Assembly: GCA_041940025.1 (NCBI GenBank)
Contig: JBGTSY010000001.1
Coordinates: 445,362-509,361 of the forward strand
Origin: Thiotrichaceae bacterium
Lineage (GTDB): Bacteria > Pseudomonadota > Gammaproteobacteria > UBA5859
Direction: 5' to 3'
DNA length: 64,000 nt
Shown one piece after another: positions 38,876-49,036 of this stretch. The first letter of the stretch is position 1; each line of letters begins with the position of its first letter. A program made the translations under genes and the position numbers. Under the pieces are notes generated by a model. The model had not been told where the DNA came from and did no database searches. It worked only from the letters and a program-made list of their open reading frames with translations.

Positions 38876-39823
38876 TTATGTTTGTGTCTCTAACCAATTC
38901 ATGTAGTCACCAACACCTTCGGCAACCGATAGAAATTTCTGATCATATCCGACAGATCTTAAGCGTTCGATATTCGCTTCAGTAAAACTTTGATAACAAC
39001 CTTTTAGATGTTCTGGAAATGGAATATATTCAATTTCGCCTTTGCCCAGATGATTGATGATGGCATTTGCTACGTCGTTAAAGGATTCGGCTCGCCCGGT
39101 ACCCACATTATAAATACCACTTGCTGGTGTGTTCTCTTGGAACCAAAAATTTACCTTTATGATGTCTTTTACAAAGACAAAGTCTCGCTTTTGTTCGCCA
39201 GGACCGAAGCCACCGCTTCCTTCGAAAAGTTTAGGGTTTTCCTGGTTTAGCATCTGTTGATGTAGGTGAAACGCGACGCTGGCCATATTACCCTTATGTT
39301 GTTCTCGGGGACCATAGACATTGAAATAACGAAAACCCGCCCAGGGAATAGTTATTTCTGAAGCGCGGCGGCGAATGTATTGATCGAAAAGTAGCTTTGA
39401 ATATCCATACACGTTTAATGGATGTTCATGTTGGGGTTGTTCGACAAACTGAGTGCTTGCACCATAGACCGCAGCGGAAGAAGCGTAATAGAAAGGTATA
39501 TTATGTCTGACACAATAGTGAAGTAATAACTTGGTATATTCAAAATTGTTCTGCATCATCATTTTGCCATTCCACTCGGTAGTGGTCGAGCAGGCACCTT
39601 GATGGAATATTGCATCTATAGAACCCAATGATTCATTTCGTTCGATGTGAGAAATAAAGGTTTCTTTATCTACGTAATCGTCAATCTGACAATCCGCAAT
39701 ATTGATATACTTATGACCATCAGAAAGATCGTCTACGCAAATGACATTGGTTTCGCCCCTCTCATTTAGGCCTTTAATCAAATTGCTACCAATAAAACCG
39801 GCACCACCCGTGACGATGATCAT
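38876..39823 (-). CDS. hldD: ADP-L-glycero-D-manno-heptose 6-epimerase
   Basis: [16 protein letters not shown]-terminus, an SDR YxxxK block, 315 aa. Confidence 0.92.
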   Translation of the reverse strand: MIIVTGGAGFIGSNLIKGLNERGETNVICVDDLSDGHKYINIADCQIDDYVDKETFISHIERNESLGSIDAIFHQGACSTTTEWNGKMMMQNNFEYTKLLLHYCVRHNIPFYYASSAAVYGASTQFVEQPQHEHPLNVYGYSKLLFDQYIRRRASEITIPWAGFRYFNVYGPREQHKGNMASVAFHLHQQMLNQENPKLFEGSGGFGPGEQKRDFVFVKDIIKVNFWFQENTPASGIYNVGTGRAESFNDVANAIINHLGKGEIEYIPFPEHLKGCYQSFTEANIERLRSVGYDQKFLSVAEGVGDYMNWLETQT

Positions 39824-39968
39824 CGCAAGAACACCTCTCTATTGTGAAAACATGATTTAATAATAAGCACTGAATGACACATGGTTTTTTTCAGAGGGAA
39901 TGATCCGCCGGTAGAGATCCAGATAGAGTGTAAGATAAATGTCATAATCTAAAAAACTGAATTAGGGA

Positions 39969-41393
39969 TTATACTTTTTGTGCTTGTTCAATGATTGCTG
40001 AGCTTGAGTAGCCTTCGACAAAATCAATTAGTACTACTTTGCCGCCATGTGTTTTAACCCATTGACCACCTACCACCTCAGACTCAGTATAATCGCCACC
40101 TTTAACTAAATAATCTGGTTGAATTGCTTCGATCAGGCTTTGGGGTGTGTCTTCGCTAAATGCAACAACCCAGTCTACCGCTCTTAAACCTGCCAATACA
40201 GACATACGATCTGAAAGTGTGTTAATTGGTCTGTCAGAACCTTTTAACCTTTTCACCGAGTCGTCATCATTGACGGCGACGATTAGTTTGTCCCCTAGTT
40301 TTTTGGCCTTTTCTAAATAGTGTACGTGCCCTGGATGTAACAGATCAAAACAACCGTTAGTGAATACAATGCGTTCTCCGGCGTTACGAAAATTTCGAAC
40401 AGCTTGTAGTAACAGTGGGAGTTCTATTTTGCCTTGGTGAAAATTCGGAGAGCTGTCTAATGATTGTTGCAACTCTTCTAATGTAATCACAGAAGTGCCC
40501 AGTTTACCTACCACAATACCAGCGGCAACATTGGCCAGCTGTGCGGCATCTGGAAAACTCTGTCCACAGGCGATACTGGCCGCTAGGGTAGCTATGACTG
40601 TATCACCCGCACCGGTGACATCATATACCTCTTTTGCCTGCGTTGGATAATGAGTGTAGTTGCCCGATTGTTCAATTAGAGTCATACCCTGTTCTCCCTG
40701 AGTGATTAACAGGGCAGAAAGTTGCACATCTGAAAGTAATCGAGTTGCCTTTGCGACTAACTCTTCTTGGTGAGCACATGCCCCTACTACAGCCTCGAAC
40801 TCGCTGAGATTCGGAGTGAGCATTGTTGCGCCTTTGTATAGAGTAAAATCCGTTCCTTTTGGATCTACTAAAATTTCTTTATCTGCGGCCTTCGCAATGG
40901 CAATAAGTTCTCGGATGGGTTTCAATGTTCCTTTAGCATAGTCGCTGAACACTACCAAATCACACTCTTTAACGTGATCCCTAAATTTTTGTACAAAAAA
41001 TTCCGAATCCCAGTCGCCTAAATTTTTCTCAAAATCTAGCCTAATGAGTTGTTGGTTCTGACTCATGACGCGTAGTTTCGTAATGGTTGCAATGTCTGGT
41101 AGAGTCGCGAAGAGACAGTGTATCCCTGCTTTTTTAAGGGTTTGCGTGAGTAATTCCGCATCTGCATCGTTGCCAACGATAGACATCAGGGAAACCTGAG
41201 CGCCTAGCCCAGCACTATTTAATGCGACATTGCCGGCACCACCGGGTAGTTCGGTCTGATTAAGAACATTCACAACCGGTACGGGTGCTTCAGGAGAGAT
41301 CCGTTGAGTATGCCCGCCCCAATAGCGATCTAACATGAGATCGCCGACCACCAGCAGCCTGCCATCTTTCATTAAGTGAGTTTTGCCATTCAT
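39969..41393 (-). CDS. hldE: Bifunctional D-beta-D-heptose 7-phosphate kinase / D-beta-D-heptose 1-phosphate adenylyltransferase
   Basis: 474 aa. N-terminal ribokinase-like domain and C-terminal cytidylyltransferase domain (FTNGCFDLLHPGHVHYL). Confidence 0.92.
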   Translation of the reverse strand: MNGKTHLMKDGRLLVVGDLMLDRYWGGHTQRISPEAPVPVVNVLNQTELPGGAGNVALNSAGLGAQVSLMSIVGNDADAELLTQTLKKAGIHCLFATLPDIATITKLRVMSQNQQLIRLDFEKNLGDWDSEFFVQKFRDHVKECDLVVFSDYAKGTLKPIRELIAIAKAADKEILVDPKGTDFTLYKGATMLTPNLSEFEAVVGACAHQEELVAKATRLLSDVQLSALLITQGEQGMTLIEQSGNYTHYPTQAKEVYDVTGAGDTVIATLAASIACGQSFPDAAQLANVAAGIVVGKLGTSVITLEELQQSLDSSPNFHQGKIELPLLLQAVRNFRNAGERIVFTNGCFDLLHPGHVHYLEKAKKLGDKLIVAVNDDDSVKRLKGSDRPINTLSDRMSVLAGLRAVDWVVAFSEDTPQSLIEAIQPDYLVKGGDYTESEVVGGQWVKTHGGKVVLIDFVEGYSSSAIIEQAQKV

Positions 41394-41412
41394 AAATCGT
41401 AACGTCCCGAGA

Positions 41413-41997
41413 CTAATTGGTACTGGTAACAGGTACTAACAAATGCTCAACAGCTTGCAGATCTCGTAGGTGGGCCATTTCAATCGTGGCTTTGGAATTG
41501 TTACCGGCGGTACCTAACAGAATGCGATGGACTATACCCGCACTTTCAGCAGCTTGCATGTCAGTTTCTTTATCACCAATTAATATAGAGTTGCTAGGCT
41601 CAATATTATAGTCGTTTATTGCCTCAATGATGAGCCCTGGTGCAGGTTTGCGGCAGTTGCACTTTTGTAAATATTCTCCTTTAGCGTGAATAGGGTGGTG
41701 AGGGCAATAATAAATTCTATCTAAAGATACATGCTGTTGCTTGAGTTGGGCCGTCATCCATTCACTGAGACTGAGAAATTCTGTTTCAGTGTAGTAGCCT
41801 CGCCCGATCCCAGATTGATTCGTCACCACGATTAATAGGTAACCGGCTGCCTGAAACTGTTGACAAAATTCAAATATGCCGGGTACGAACTCAATTTGAT
41901 CGGGGCGACAGGCGTAGCCAACATCACAATTAATCACCCCATCCCTATCCAGAAACAACGCTCTTTGTTTACTCATGATCAGCGAAATGAGCTTCAA
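41413..41997 (-). CDS. gmhB: D-glycero-D-manno-heptose 1,7-bisphosphate 7-phosphatase
   Basis: HAD motif I LFLDRDGVIN. Cys-rich Zn site (CPHHP...CNCRKP). Confidence 0.85.
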   Translation of the reverse strand: MKLISLIMSKQRALFLDRDGVINCDVGYACRPDQIEFVPGIFEFCQQFQAAGYLLIVVTNQSGIGRGYYTETEFLSLSEWMTAQLKQQHVSLDRIYYCPHHPIHAKGEYLQKCNCRKPAPGLIIEAINDYNIEPSNSILIGDKETDMQAAESAGIVHRILLGTAGNNSKATIEMAHLRDLQAVEHLLVPVTSTN

Positions 41998-42538
41998 TCA
42001 GATCACAGAGTACATGTCCGAGAAAAATGTGCGCTTCCTGAATTCGCGCCGTATCCTTTTCTGTCACGTTAAGTGAGAAATCAGCGATCTGTGCGAGTGT
42101 GCCACCATCGCGTCCGGTGAAGGCCACGGTTTTTGCACCCTTATTTTTCGCGGACTGAATCGCCTTTAGAACGTTAGGACTTTGACCAGACGTGCTGATG
42201 CCTACTAGCACATCCAACTCGACGCACAATCCCTCAACCTGGCGAGAAAAAATCTGCTCATATTGATAATCATTCGCAACCGCGGTTAAGATGGAGGAAT
42301 CTGTGGTCAGAGCAATGGCGGGTAAGGCTCTTCTCTCTCGTGTGAATCTGCCGATCAATTCAGCGGCCAAGTGTTGGCTATCTGCGGCGCTGCCACCGTT
42401 ACCGCACCATAAAATTTTGCCTCCTTTTTCCAAGCACTGGATCATGACTTTGGCGACATCTTCTACCTCAGGTTCAAGTTTTTTAACTTGGTCAAAGGTG
42501 GATAGATGATGATTTAAGCTTTCTTGAAATACGCTCAT
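41969..42538 (-). CDS. gmhA: Phosphoheptose isomerase (SIS domain)
   Basis: CGNGGSAADSQHLAAEL and ISTSGQSPN blocks. 189 aa. Confidence 0.9.
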   Translation of the reverse strand: MSVFQESLNHHLSTFDQVKKLEPEVEDVAKVMIQCLEKGGKILWCGNGGSAADSQHLAAELIGRFTRERRALPAIALTTDSSILTAVANDYQYEQIFSRQVEGLCVELDVLVGISTSGQSPNVLKAIQSAKNKGAKTVAFTGRDGGTLAQIADFSLNVTEKDTARIQEAHIFLGHVLCDLIEAHFADHE

Positions 42539-42689
42539 TGGAATAACTTTATCTTTTCATTGGGTGAATACGGATTGCGTTGCATCAGCTTCCTATTAAA
42601 ATAACCGGTTTTGTAGATTTAAGGATTTTCCCATAAAGCTTGAACCACGTCATTTTTATCCTCGCTATTGGCTGGCTTGGTTTGGCCTG

Positions 42690-43574
42690 GTGTTGTTACG
42701 CCTGAGTCTGTTGCTGCCGCCGCGAATGTGGGAAAAGACGGCAAAAAGACTGGGACATATTCTCTATTTTTTGGCAACACGCCGCCGAACAATCATTCAA
42801 GCCAATATTGAACACTGTTTTAATGACTTACCTAAATCGGAACAACAGCAGTTGGTAAAAAGAAATTTTACCTATTTTGCATATGCAGTTCTGGATTTGG
42901 GGCGTGCCTGGTGGTCGACGGAAGAACAGCTAGAGGGCAATTTGGAAGTAATGGGGTTGGATCATGTCACGCGCGCAATGGAACTCGGTAAACCGATAAT
43001 TCTTCTTGGGGCTCACTACATGAATTTGGAAATAGCGGGTCGTCTCATTGCGAATCAATTGAAAATATCCACTGTGTATCGACCTCATGAGAATGACATT
43101 GTGAATTATTTCATGTTGAAGAGTCGCACTCGTCAGTTTGAGCAGATCATTGAGCGAAATAATCTACGTCAGTTGGTTAAACTTTTGAAACAAGGAAAAA
43201 TAATTTGGTACGCTGGCGATCAGGACATGGGTAAAAAACAGTCGGTCTTTGCACCGTTTTTTGGCCATCCCGCCGCAACATTGACCGCTTTGAGCCGCTT
43301 GGCCAAGTTGACTCAAGCGGAAGTGATCCCGATGGTTTTTATTCGTGGCGCCAATCCGAGACGACACCGTATCATTTTTCATGCGCCATGGCAGAATTTT
43401 CCGAGTGGCAACTTGATTGAAGATGCGACTCGTCATAATCGGTGTGTGCAAGAAGCCATCCGCATGCAACCAGAAAATTACCTCTGGGCTCATCGACGAT
43501 TTAAGTCTCGTCCTGAAGGAGAGAAAAACTGGTACCCGAAAAAAGATCGTTCTAACAAAAAGAAATATAAATGA
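42690..43574 (+). CDS. lpxL: Lipid A biosynthesis late acyltransferase (LpxL/LpxM/HtrB family)
   Basis: LABLAT family. H(X4)D-like block (LGAHYMNLE). In-frame homology (HFYPRYWLAWFGL, like the E. coli LpxL N-terminus) extends upstream to about 42618 without a canonical start, so the true start is probably upstream of the GTG at 42690. Confidence 0.75.
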   Translation: MLLRLSLLLPPRMWEKTAKRLGHILYFLATRRRTIIQANIEHCFNDLPKSEQQQLVKRNFTYFAYAVLDLGRAWWSTEEQLEGNLEVMGLDHVTRAMELGKPIILLGAHYMNLEIAGRLIANQLKISTVYRPHENDIVNYFMLKSRTRQFEQIIERNNLRQLVKLLKQGKIIWYAGDQDMGKKQSVFAPFFGHPAATLTALSRLAKLTQAEVIPMVFIRGANPRRHRIIFHAPWQNFPSGNLIEDATRHNRCVQEAIRMQPENYLWAHRRFKSRPEGEKNWYPKKDRSNKKKYK

Positions 43575-44755
43575 ATAGTCATACTCTTAGAACATTTTAT
43601 TCAAACCCTTGGGCACTTGGTTATGTCGCCTTTTTAACAGGTTTTTTTGTACTTCCCTACGAACAGGGACGATTACATAAAAACGGATTTGCCATGTTTG
43701 TGATTTTGTTTTCAATACTGTCATTTAGCAAAATAAATTGGCGGTCTTTCAAAGAACCTTTGATTATCTTTACAGTGCTATATTTACTTTACGCCGCCTT
43801 GAGTATATTTTGGTCGTCTCACTACACCAATGCCTATTTAGTTAAATACATAGCACTGGCAATTTCTACGATTGTATTTTGCTTTATTCCAAGTTATCTG
43901 AAAACTGTGACACATTTATCAGCAAAAGATTTGGTCTTTCTAATTTTTATAGTGCTGTTTCCAATTGCGGTTTTGTCAACAATATATTCAGCTTTGTCGT
44001 TTTATCAGCTTCATTCGATCGACCAACGACTGATTTTTTTCGGTAGATTGGATGGACCTATTACGCATAGTGTGGTCAATGCATTGCTGATTTTAGTGTC
44101 GATTGGATTGATTAAGCAAATCAATAATAGGTGGTGGTATAGTGGTATTATTATCGGCGTGGCTATATTAGTTACAGGGATCCTGCTGTCCCAAAGTAGA
44201 GGGCCTATTTTAGCACTGTGTATCGCTTTACCTATTCAGATTTTTGTTTTAAAAATGTATCGCACATTAACTTTGTATCTGATTTTTTTGGGTCTCGGTA
44301 CATTCCTTCTGATAAACAATCCGGTGTTAACAGAATTAGTCACAAGTCGGGGCGTCTCATTTAGACCCGAAATATGGAAACTGATTTGGCAAAGTATGCC
44401 GGGACACATGTATATTGGCCACAGTATTTTACCTGAACAGAGATTCACACTACCAATCTTGGGTGAGGTACATCACCCACACAACTTAATTATTGCGAGT
44501 TTTTATCACTTGGGAGTGTTAGGCTTGGTGTTACATTTAGGTGTCATTGTGATGTGGATTAAATACGCTTTGTCAATTCAGGTTCAAGCTTTTAAAGCCG
44601 TATCTGCCGGTGTTTTTTTATATTCGTTTATACACTTTCAATTTGATGGTGGAATATTGCTCACAAAGCCTGATGTGTTGTGGTGGGGTGTTTGGTTGCC
44701 AATTTCTTGGGTTTTAGTGGAACAAAATCAAATAAAAATATTTAAAGATTGTTAA
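43571..44755 (+). CDS. O-antigen ligase family protein (WaaL-like polytopic membrane protein)
   Basis: 394 aa, about 10-12 TM, with a large periplasmic loop carrying conserved R/H (GHSILPEQRF...HHPHNL). Start overlaps the lpxL stop. Confidence 0.6.
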   Translation: MNSHTLRTFYSNPWALGYVAFLTGFFVLPYEQGRLHKNGFAMFVILFSILSFSKINWRSFKEPLIIFTVLYLLYAALSIFWSSHYTNAYLVKYIALAISTIVFCFIPSYLKTVTHLSAKDLVFLIFIVLFPIAVLSTIYSALSFYQLHSIDQRLIFFGRLDGPITHSVVNALLILVSIGLIKQINNRWWYSGIIIGVAILVTGILLSQSRGPILALCIALPIQIFVLKMYRTLTLYLIFLGLGTFLLINNPVLTELVTSRGVSFRPEIWKLIWQSMPGHMYIGHSILPEQRFTLPILGEVHHPHNLIIASFYHLGVLGLVLHLGVIVMWIKYALSIQVQAFKAVSAGVFLYSFIHFQFDGGILLTKPDVLWWGVWLPISWVLVEQNQIKIFKDC

Positions 44756-44762
44756 GGCATTT

Positions 44763-45488
44763 ATGAGAATTCAGCAACAAGATTTGGATTATTTATCAGG
44801 CAAAAAGTTTTCTACGACTTATGATTTTGTTTTTAACTGGGACGATGAGGATAAATTATTGGTGACCAGGCAAGATTGCTTGATACAGTTGGTAAATCAT
44901 AAAAAAGTAATTCATGTGGGTTGTGTTGATCATGATATTGACACGATAATAAAAAAAATTAAAAAGAATGAATGGCTTCATGGTTTATTATGTGACAATG
45001 CAGAAACCTGTTTGGGAATCGATATCAATCAAACGGGGATTGATTACATTAAGAATCAATTAGGGTATCCCCTAGTTGAGCAATTAGATATTGGGGAAGA
45101 AACCAGTGCTGTTATTAGTCAAAGCAAATGGGATGCATTGGTATTGGCAGAAATTGTAGAGCATTTTGATAATCCAGTGACATTCTTAGCCAATATCAGA
45201 GAACGATACAAGCCATACGTCAACTCAATTATCGTGACCGTACCAAACGCATTTGCATTGAAAAATCACCGTCACTCTAAGCAACACATTGAAAGAATCA
45301 ATAGTGATCACCGTTTCTGGTTCACTCCCTATACTATTGCCAAGATATTGATTCAGGCTGGGTACGAAATAGATCTAGTAAGATTATGTGTGCGTAAAAA
45401 ACCAAAAAAAAGACAATTGCTGAAAGAATGGCAGTTAACAACCTATCCTTTGTTTAGAAACGGTATCGTTGTGACTGCAAAATTATAG
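44763..45488 (+). CDS. Methyltransferase-like protein with degenerate motifs
   Basis: VIHVGCVDHD sits in place of motif I. DALVLAEIVEHFDNP resembles motif II/III of class I methyltransferases. Confidence 0.4.
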   Translation: MRIQQQDLDYLSGKKFSTTYDFVFNWDDEDKLLVTRQDCLIQLVNHKKVIHVGCVDHDIDTIIKKIKKNEWLHGLLCDNAETCLGIDINQTGIDYIKNQLGYPLVEQLDIGEETSAVISQSKWDALVLAEIVEHFDNPVTFLANIRERYKPYVNSIIVTVPNAFALKNHRHSKQHIERINSDHRFWFTPYTIAKILIQAGYEIDLVRLCVRKKPKKRQLLKEWQLTTYPLFRNGIVVTAKL

Positions 45489-45594
45489 GGAACTAATTTT
45501 TGTGTTGATTCATATAGCGACTATTCGATCGAGTTTTGGATGTTCAGTAGACGGGTTTCCCTGTACTAAACGGGAACGTAGATAGTAGGAAATA

Positions 45595-46233
45595 ATGAAT
45601 ACAACTAACAGTCCTATACCGTGGAGTCGCTTGTATCAATATCGTCGGGAGGTGAATCATATCTATTCCGATCCGATGAAAATAAAGATCGCAAAACGAC
45701 CGCAGACACTTCTCAAACCCTTTATAGTCAGCCGCAGTACGATTTTAGAAATTGGCGCAGGTCAAAGAAAATTGAAGGATCAATTATCAAGCTTATGTGA
45801 TGACATCGAGTATAAAAGCTATGATATCGATACAGATAATTTTCATGATTACTACGACTTAGATAAGATTGAGGGTAAGTTTCAAATTATTTGTATGTTT
45901 GAGGTCATTGAACATTTGACCATTGACATGGCGTTTCAAATATTAAGTCGCTGTTATGATTTGCTCGACACAAATGGAATCATGCTTATTACCACACCAA
46001 ACATCTATTATCCGCCCGCGTTCTTAAGAGACATCACTCATATAACCCCTTGGGCATACGATGAGTTGGCAGGATTTGGTAAATTGATCGGATTTGAGGT
46101 ATCTGATATTTATCGGCTCTATCATGATGCACTGCATAGAAAAATAGTTAGACGATATTTGTTACATCCACTGCATAAATTGATTGGCATTGATTATGCG
46201 AAACAGGTGGCAGTTCTATTGCGAAAGCCTTAG
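45595..46233 (+). CDS. Class I SAM-dependent methyltransferase
   Basis: Motif I ILEIGAGQRKL, acidic post-I YDID, motif II FQIICMFEVIEHLT, motif III NGIMLITTP. Confidence 0.6.
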   Translation: MNTTNSPIPWSRLYQYRREVNHIYSDPMKIKIAKRPQTLLKPFIVSRSTILEIGAGQRKLKDQLSSLCDDIEYKSYDIDTDNFHDYYDLDKIEGKFQIICMFEVIEHLTIDMAFQILSRCYDLLDTNGIMLITTPNIYYPPAFLRDITHITPWAYDELAGFGKLIGFEVSDIYRLYHDALHRKIVRRYLLHPLHKLIGIDYAKQVAVLLRKP

Positions 46234-47060
46234 ATATTTTTACGCTTTCTTAGTTTGGATATGCGATTATCTATATAATAATCGAGTTTATTAATTTTCG
46301 ATTTTGAGTGTTGGAAATTATCTAAATACTGTTTTTTTAGATTATTTATAGTTTCTAAATCGTAATTGTCTTCTAAGAAACCCACAAGCAATCTCGCCAT
46401 ATCATTGGCATGTCCTTTTAGTGAGTCGCTTTTCTTTAACTTGTCCCAATCGACAATAATTATCTGATCCTCTTGTGCATGCCATAATAGATTGCTCCAC
46501 TTTAAATCTCCATGAATAAAACCAAATTGATGTAGTTTAGAAACCTGATCCACGAAACGAGACAGTAAATCAATCATGTGATCAGATGTCAGATGACCGA
46601 GTTTATTGATAACTTTTAGATTCGAAAAGCCTTCCAGATAAGCATCAATTTGCCATGCGTCTTTCGGCGCATTTATTCGTCTCATAAGAAATAAAGTAGG
46701 AGGTAGATAAAAGTCGTGTTGCGTTAGTAGTGTACGCCATTTGGTTTGTTGCTTTAGTTTATGCCATATATAGTGTCTATGTATGCTATTAACATGGTCG
46801 GTGTGTAAAGTCTTTACGAAATAATTGACATATGAATTGTGTTGAGGTTGTTTTATAGTCCATATCCAAGAGTGACGTTTCGATTCGCTTTTTATCGTCC
46901 TGGTTTGAAGTGAATTTAAGAGTCCTTTAGAACGCGCTAAAGTGTGTGAAACTAGATTTAACTGTCCCGTTTCTGTCGGGCTGACTTCTATAAGGATAAA
47001 ATCTTCGGTTTTCAGTTTAATCTTATTCATCAATTCGATTACTTGATAAATTATGCTCAT
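46230..47060 (-). CDS. Lipopolysaccharide kinase family protein (Kdo/WaaP/InaA-like)
   Basis: Catalytic loop FIHGDLKWSNLLW and DFG-like IVDWDK. Confidence 0.65.
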   Translation of the reverse strand: MSIIYQVIELMNKIKLKTEDFILIEVSPTETGQLNLVSHTLARSKGLLNSLQTRTIKSESKRHSWIWTIKQPQHNSYVNYFVKTLHTDHVNSIHRHYIWHKLKQQTKWRTLLTQHDFYLPPTLFLMRRINAPKDAWQIDAYLEGFSNLKVINKLGHLTSDHMIDLLSRFVDQVSKLHQFGFIHGDLKWSNLLWHAQEDQIIIVDWDKLKKSDSLKGHANDMARLLVGFLEDNYDLETINNLKKQYLDNFQHSKSKINKLDYYIDNRISKLRKRKNI

Positions 47061-48183
47061 CGAGACTGTGTATTAAATTTTCGTAGTCCTGCGTCATTCG
47101 TCTATCGCTGAACTGCTCCTGGATACGAATAAAAGCATTGTGCCCGATATGTTGCAATTGTTGTTGTGGCATGCGACTGAACTCAAGCATGTACTCAATC
47201 CATTTGTCCACTTGTTCTGGAGAGGCGAGACGGCCGATTGAGTCAGATTGAATCACTTCACGATTGCAAGGGATGTCTGAAGCAATACAGGGTTTACTCA
47301 ATGCCATTGCTTCTAGAAGTGATAAGGGCAATCCTTCGCGAAAACTTGGAAAGACGAACACATCTATTAAACTCAGTAACGAAGGCACGTCGTCTCTATG
47401 TCCTGTGAACCAGATACGATCTTCGATGCCAAGTTCCTCAACTAGGGCTTTTAAACTATTTTCGAGCGGGCCAGTTCCCATAATCATTAGCCGTGCATCA
47501 TCTCGTATTTTTGACACTTCAGAAAATGCTTTTAACAAAAGAGACTGATTTTTTTTGGCGGCTAAACGACCAACCGTAGCAAAAACAAAACAGTCTTTCA
47601 TATGCGGAGGTAATAAAGTGCTCGAATCTTTTGACTTGGATCTTTCGATGAGTGTGGCAATATCGATTCCGTTTTGTATGCTGAATACTTTATCCTCAGG
47701 GAGAGCCCAATTTTGATCAATAATATCTTTAACCCCGGACTTGGATACGCTCACGATTTTGTCCATTCTTTTAAAAGCCAACCAGTTGCGAAGCTGTTTA
47801 TTCAACGGCAAATGATCGGCACCAACGACTCCGTGTATGACACCGATATAAGACGAATGGGTTTTAGAAAAGTATGAAGATAATGCTGATAGGTGTATCG
47901 TTTTTTCCAAATGGGCTATCACAAAGTTTGCGTTAATAGAATCGATTAATTGACCGAGTTGTTTGGCGATGTCCAATCGGTAGGGATGTAGTTTTCCTTT
48001 GGAATGTAAATAATATGTTTGTGTGCCCTGGTCTACAATAAGATTATTGCCGTCGTCATTACCTGTTAAATAGCAGACATGGGATTGAAATATATTATTA
48101 TCCATGTTTGTGATTTGATTTAATAAAGGGTAATTACCACGATATGCCTTAACTATATGTAAAATATTTATAAAGTTATCCAC
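47023..48183 (-). CDS. Glycosyltransferase family 4
   Basis: C-terminal EGLPLSLLEAMA (the EX7E region) and GT-B fold organisation. Confidence 0.8.
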   Translation of the reverse strand: MDNFINILHIVKAYRGNYPLLNQITNMDNNIFQSHVCYLTGNDDGNNLIVDQGTQTYYLHSKGKLHPYRLDIAKQLGQLIDSINANFVIAHLEKTIHLSALSSYFSKTHSSYIGVIHGVVGADHLPLNKQLRNWLAFKRMDKIVSVSKSGVKDIIDQNWALPEDKVFSIQNGIDIATLIERSKSKDSSTLLPPHMKDCFVFATVGRLAAKKNQSLLLKAFSEVSKIRDDARLMIMGTGPLENSLKALVEELGIEDRIWFTGHRDDVPSLLSLIDVFVFPSFREGLPLSLLEAMALSKPCIASDIPCNREVIQSDSIGRLASPEQVDKWIEYMLEFSRMPQQQLQHIGHNAFIRIQEQFSDRRMTQDYENLIHSLDEHNLSSNRIDE

Positions 48184-48187
48184 TCAA

Positions 48188-49036
48188 TCAGCCCTGCTGT
48201 ATAGGAAAGTTAGGTAGCTGTTTATGACGCATTCGTTTCTGCGTGATGAAAAGCACTCGATTCAAAATTAATTTTCTTTGACTGAAGCTCAGTTGTCGTT
48301 TTTCAGCATAACATTGGAAAAAACGTAACCTGTCTGTTCTGGTCAACACCACTGGGAAAATCATATTGAGTTGAACAAGATTTTTCACTATTTTACGAAT
48401 AGGTGGGCGGTGACGATAGAGATAATTTCTTTCATTATCAATAAAGGAGAATGACGTAGAATTATTTTCAGTATGTATTAATAAGTTATTTGGCCGTAGA
48501 TCGCCATGGATCAACCCTAGGTTGTGCAACTCCGCTATATGTAACGCCAGCTCCTTGATGATGTGTCTTTTGTGCAGTATTTGTTGCCGAGTCAACGGTC
48601 GTTGCCAATATCGATACATATAATCAGCCAGGCCTTCACCAGCCATGCCTTCGGATATGAGAAAAATGTGTTGATTGATTTTACCCCAAGCGAAGGTAGT
48701 CGGTGCGTTAAAACCATTTTTCCGGAGGAGATCACTGTGTTTATGAGCGCGTGTCGAACGTGATCCCTTTAACAGTGCTTTGACCGATTCCCAACGGTTA
48801 CGATTAAAATATATTTTAAAATACAGAGTCTGTCCCAACTCACTAGGGGGGTTTTCCATGCGCGCGACCCAAGCATGAGCAGAGCAAGGTATTGTTTGCC
48901 AGCCATGGGGAAGTTGACGCGAACTTAAGGGGGTGATGCATGTCTTTAAAAACCGTACGCTGTCAGCGCTTAAGTTAGAGTTGAAGAAAAGGGTTCTCAT
49001 AGGTTTAGTGTTGCTGCAGTGCCCTAAACTGTTCAA
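48188..49036 (-). CDS. Lipopolysaccharide kinase family protein
   Basis: Catalytic loop LIHGDLRPNNLLIH and IDNERN. Overlaps the upstream glycosyltransferase by about 30 nt. Confidence 0.65.
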   Translation of the reverse strand: MNSLGHCSNTKPMRTLFFNSNLSADSVRFLKTCITPLSSRQLPHGWQTIPCSAHAWVARMENPPSELGQTLYFKIYFNRNRWESVKALLKGSRSTRAHKHSDLLRKNGFNAPTTFAWGKINQHIFLISEGMAGEGLADYMYRYWQRPLTRQQILHKRHIIKELALHIAELHNLGLIHGDLRPNNLLIHTENNSTSFSFIDNERNYLYRHRPPIRKIVKNLVQLNMIFPVVLTRTDRLRFFQCYAEKRQLSFSQRKLILNRVLFITQKRMRHKQLPNFPIQQG

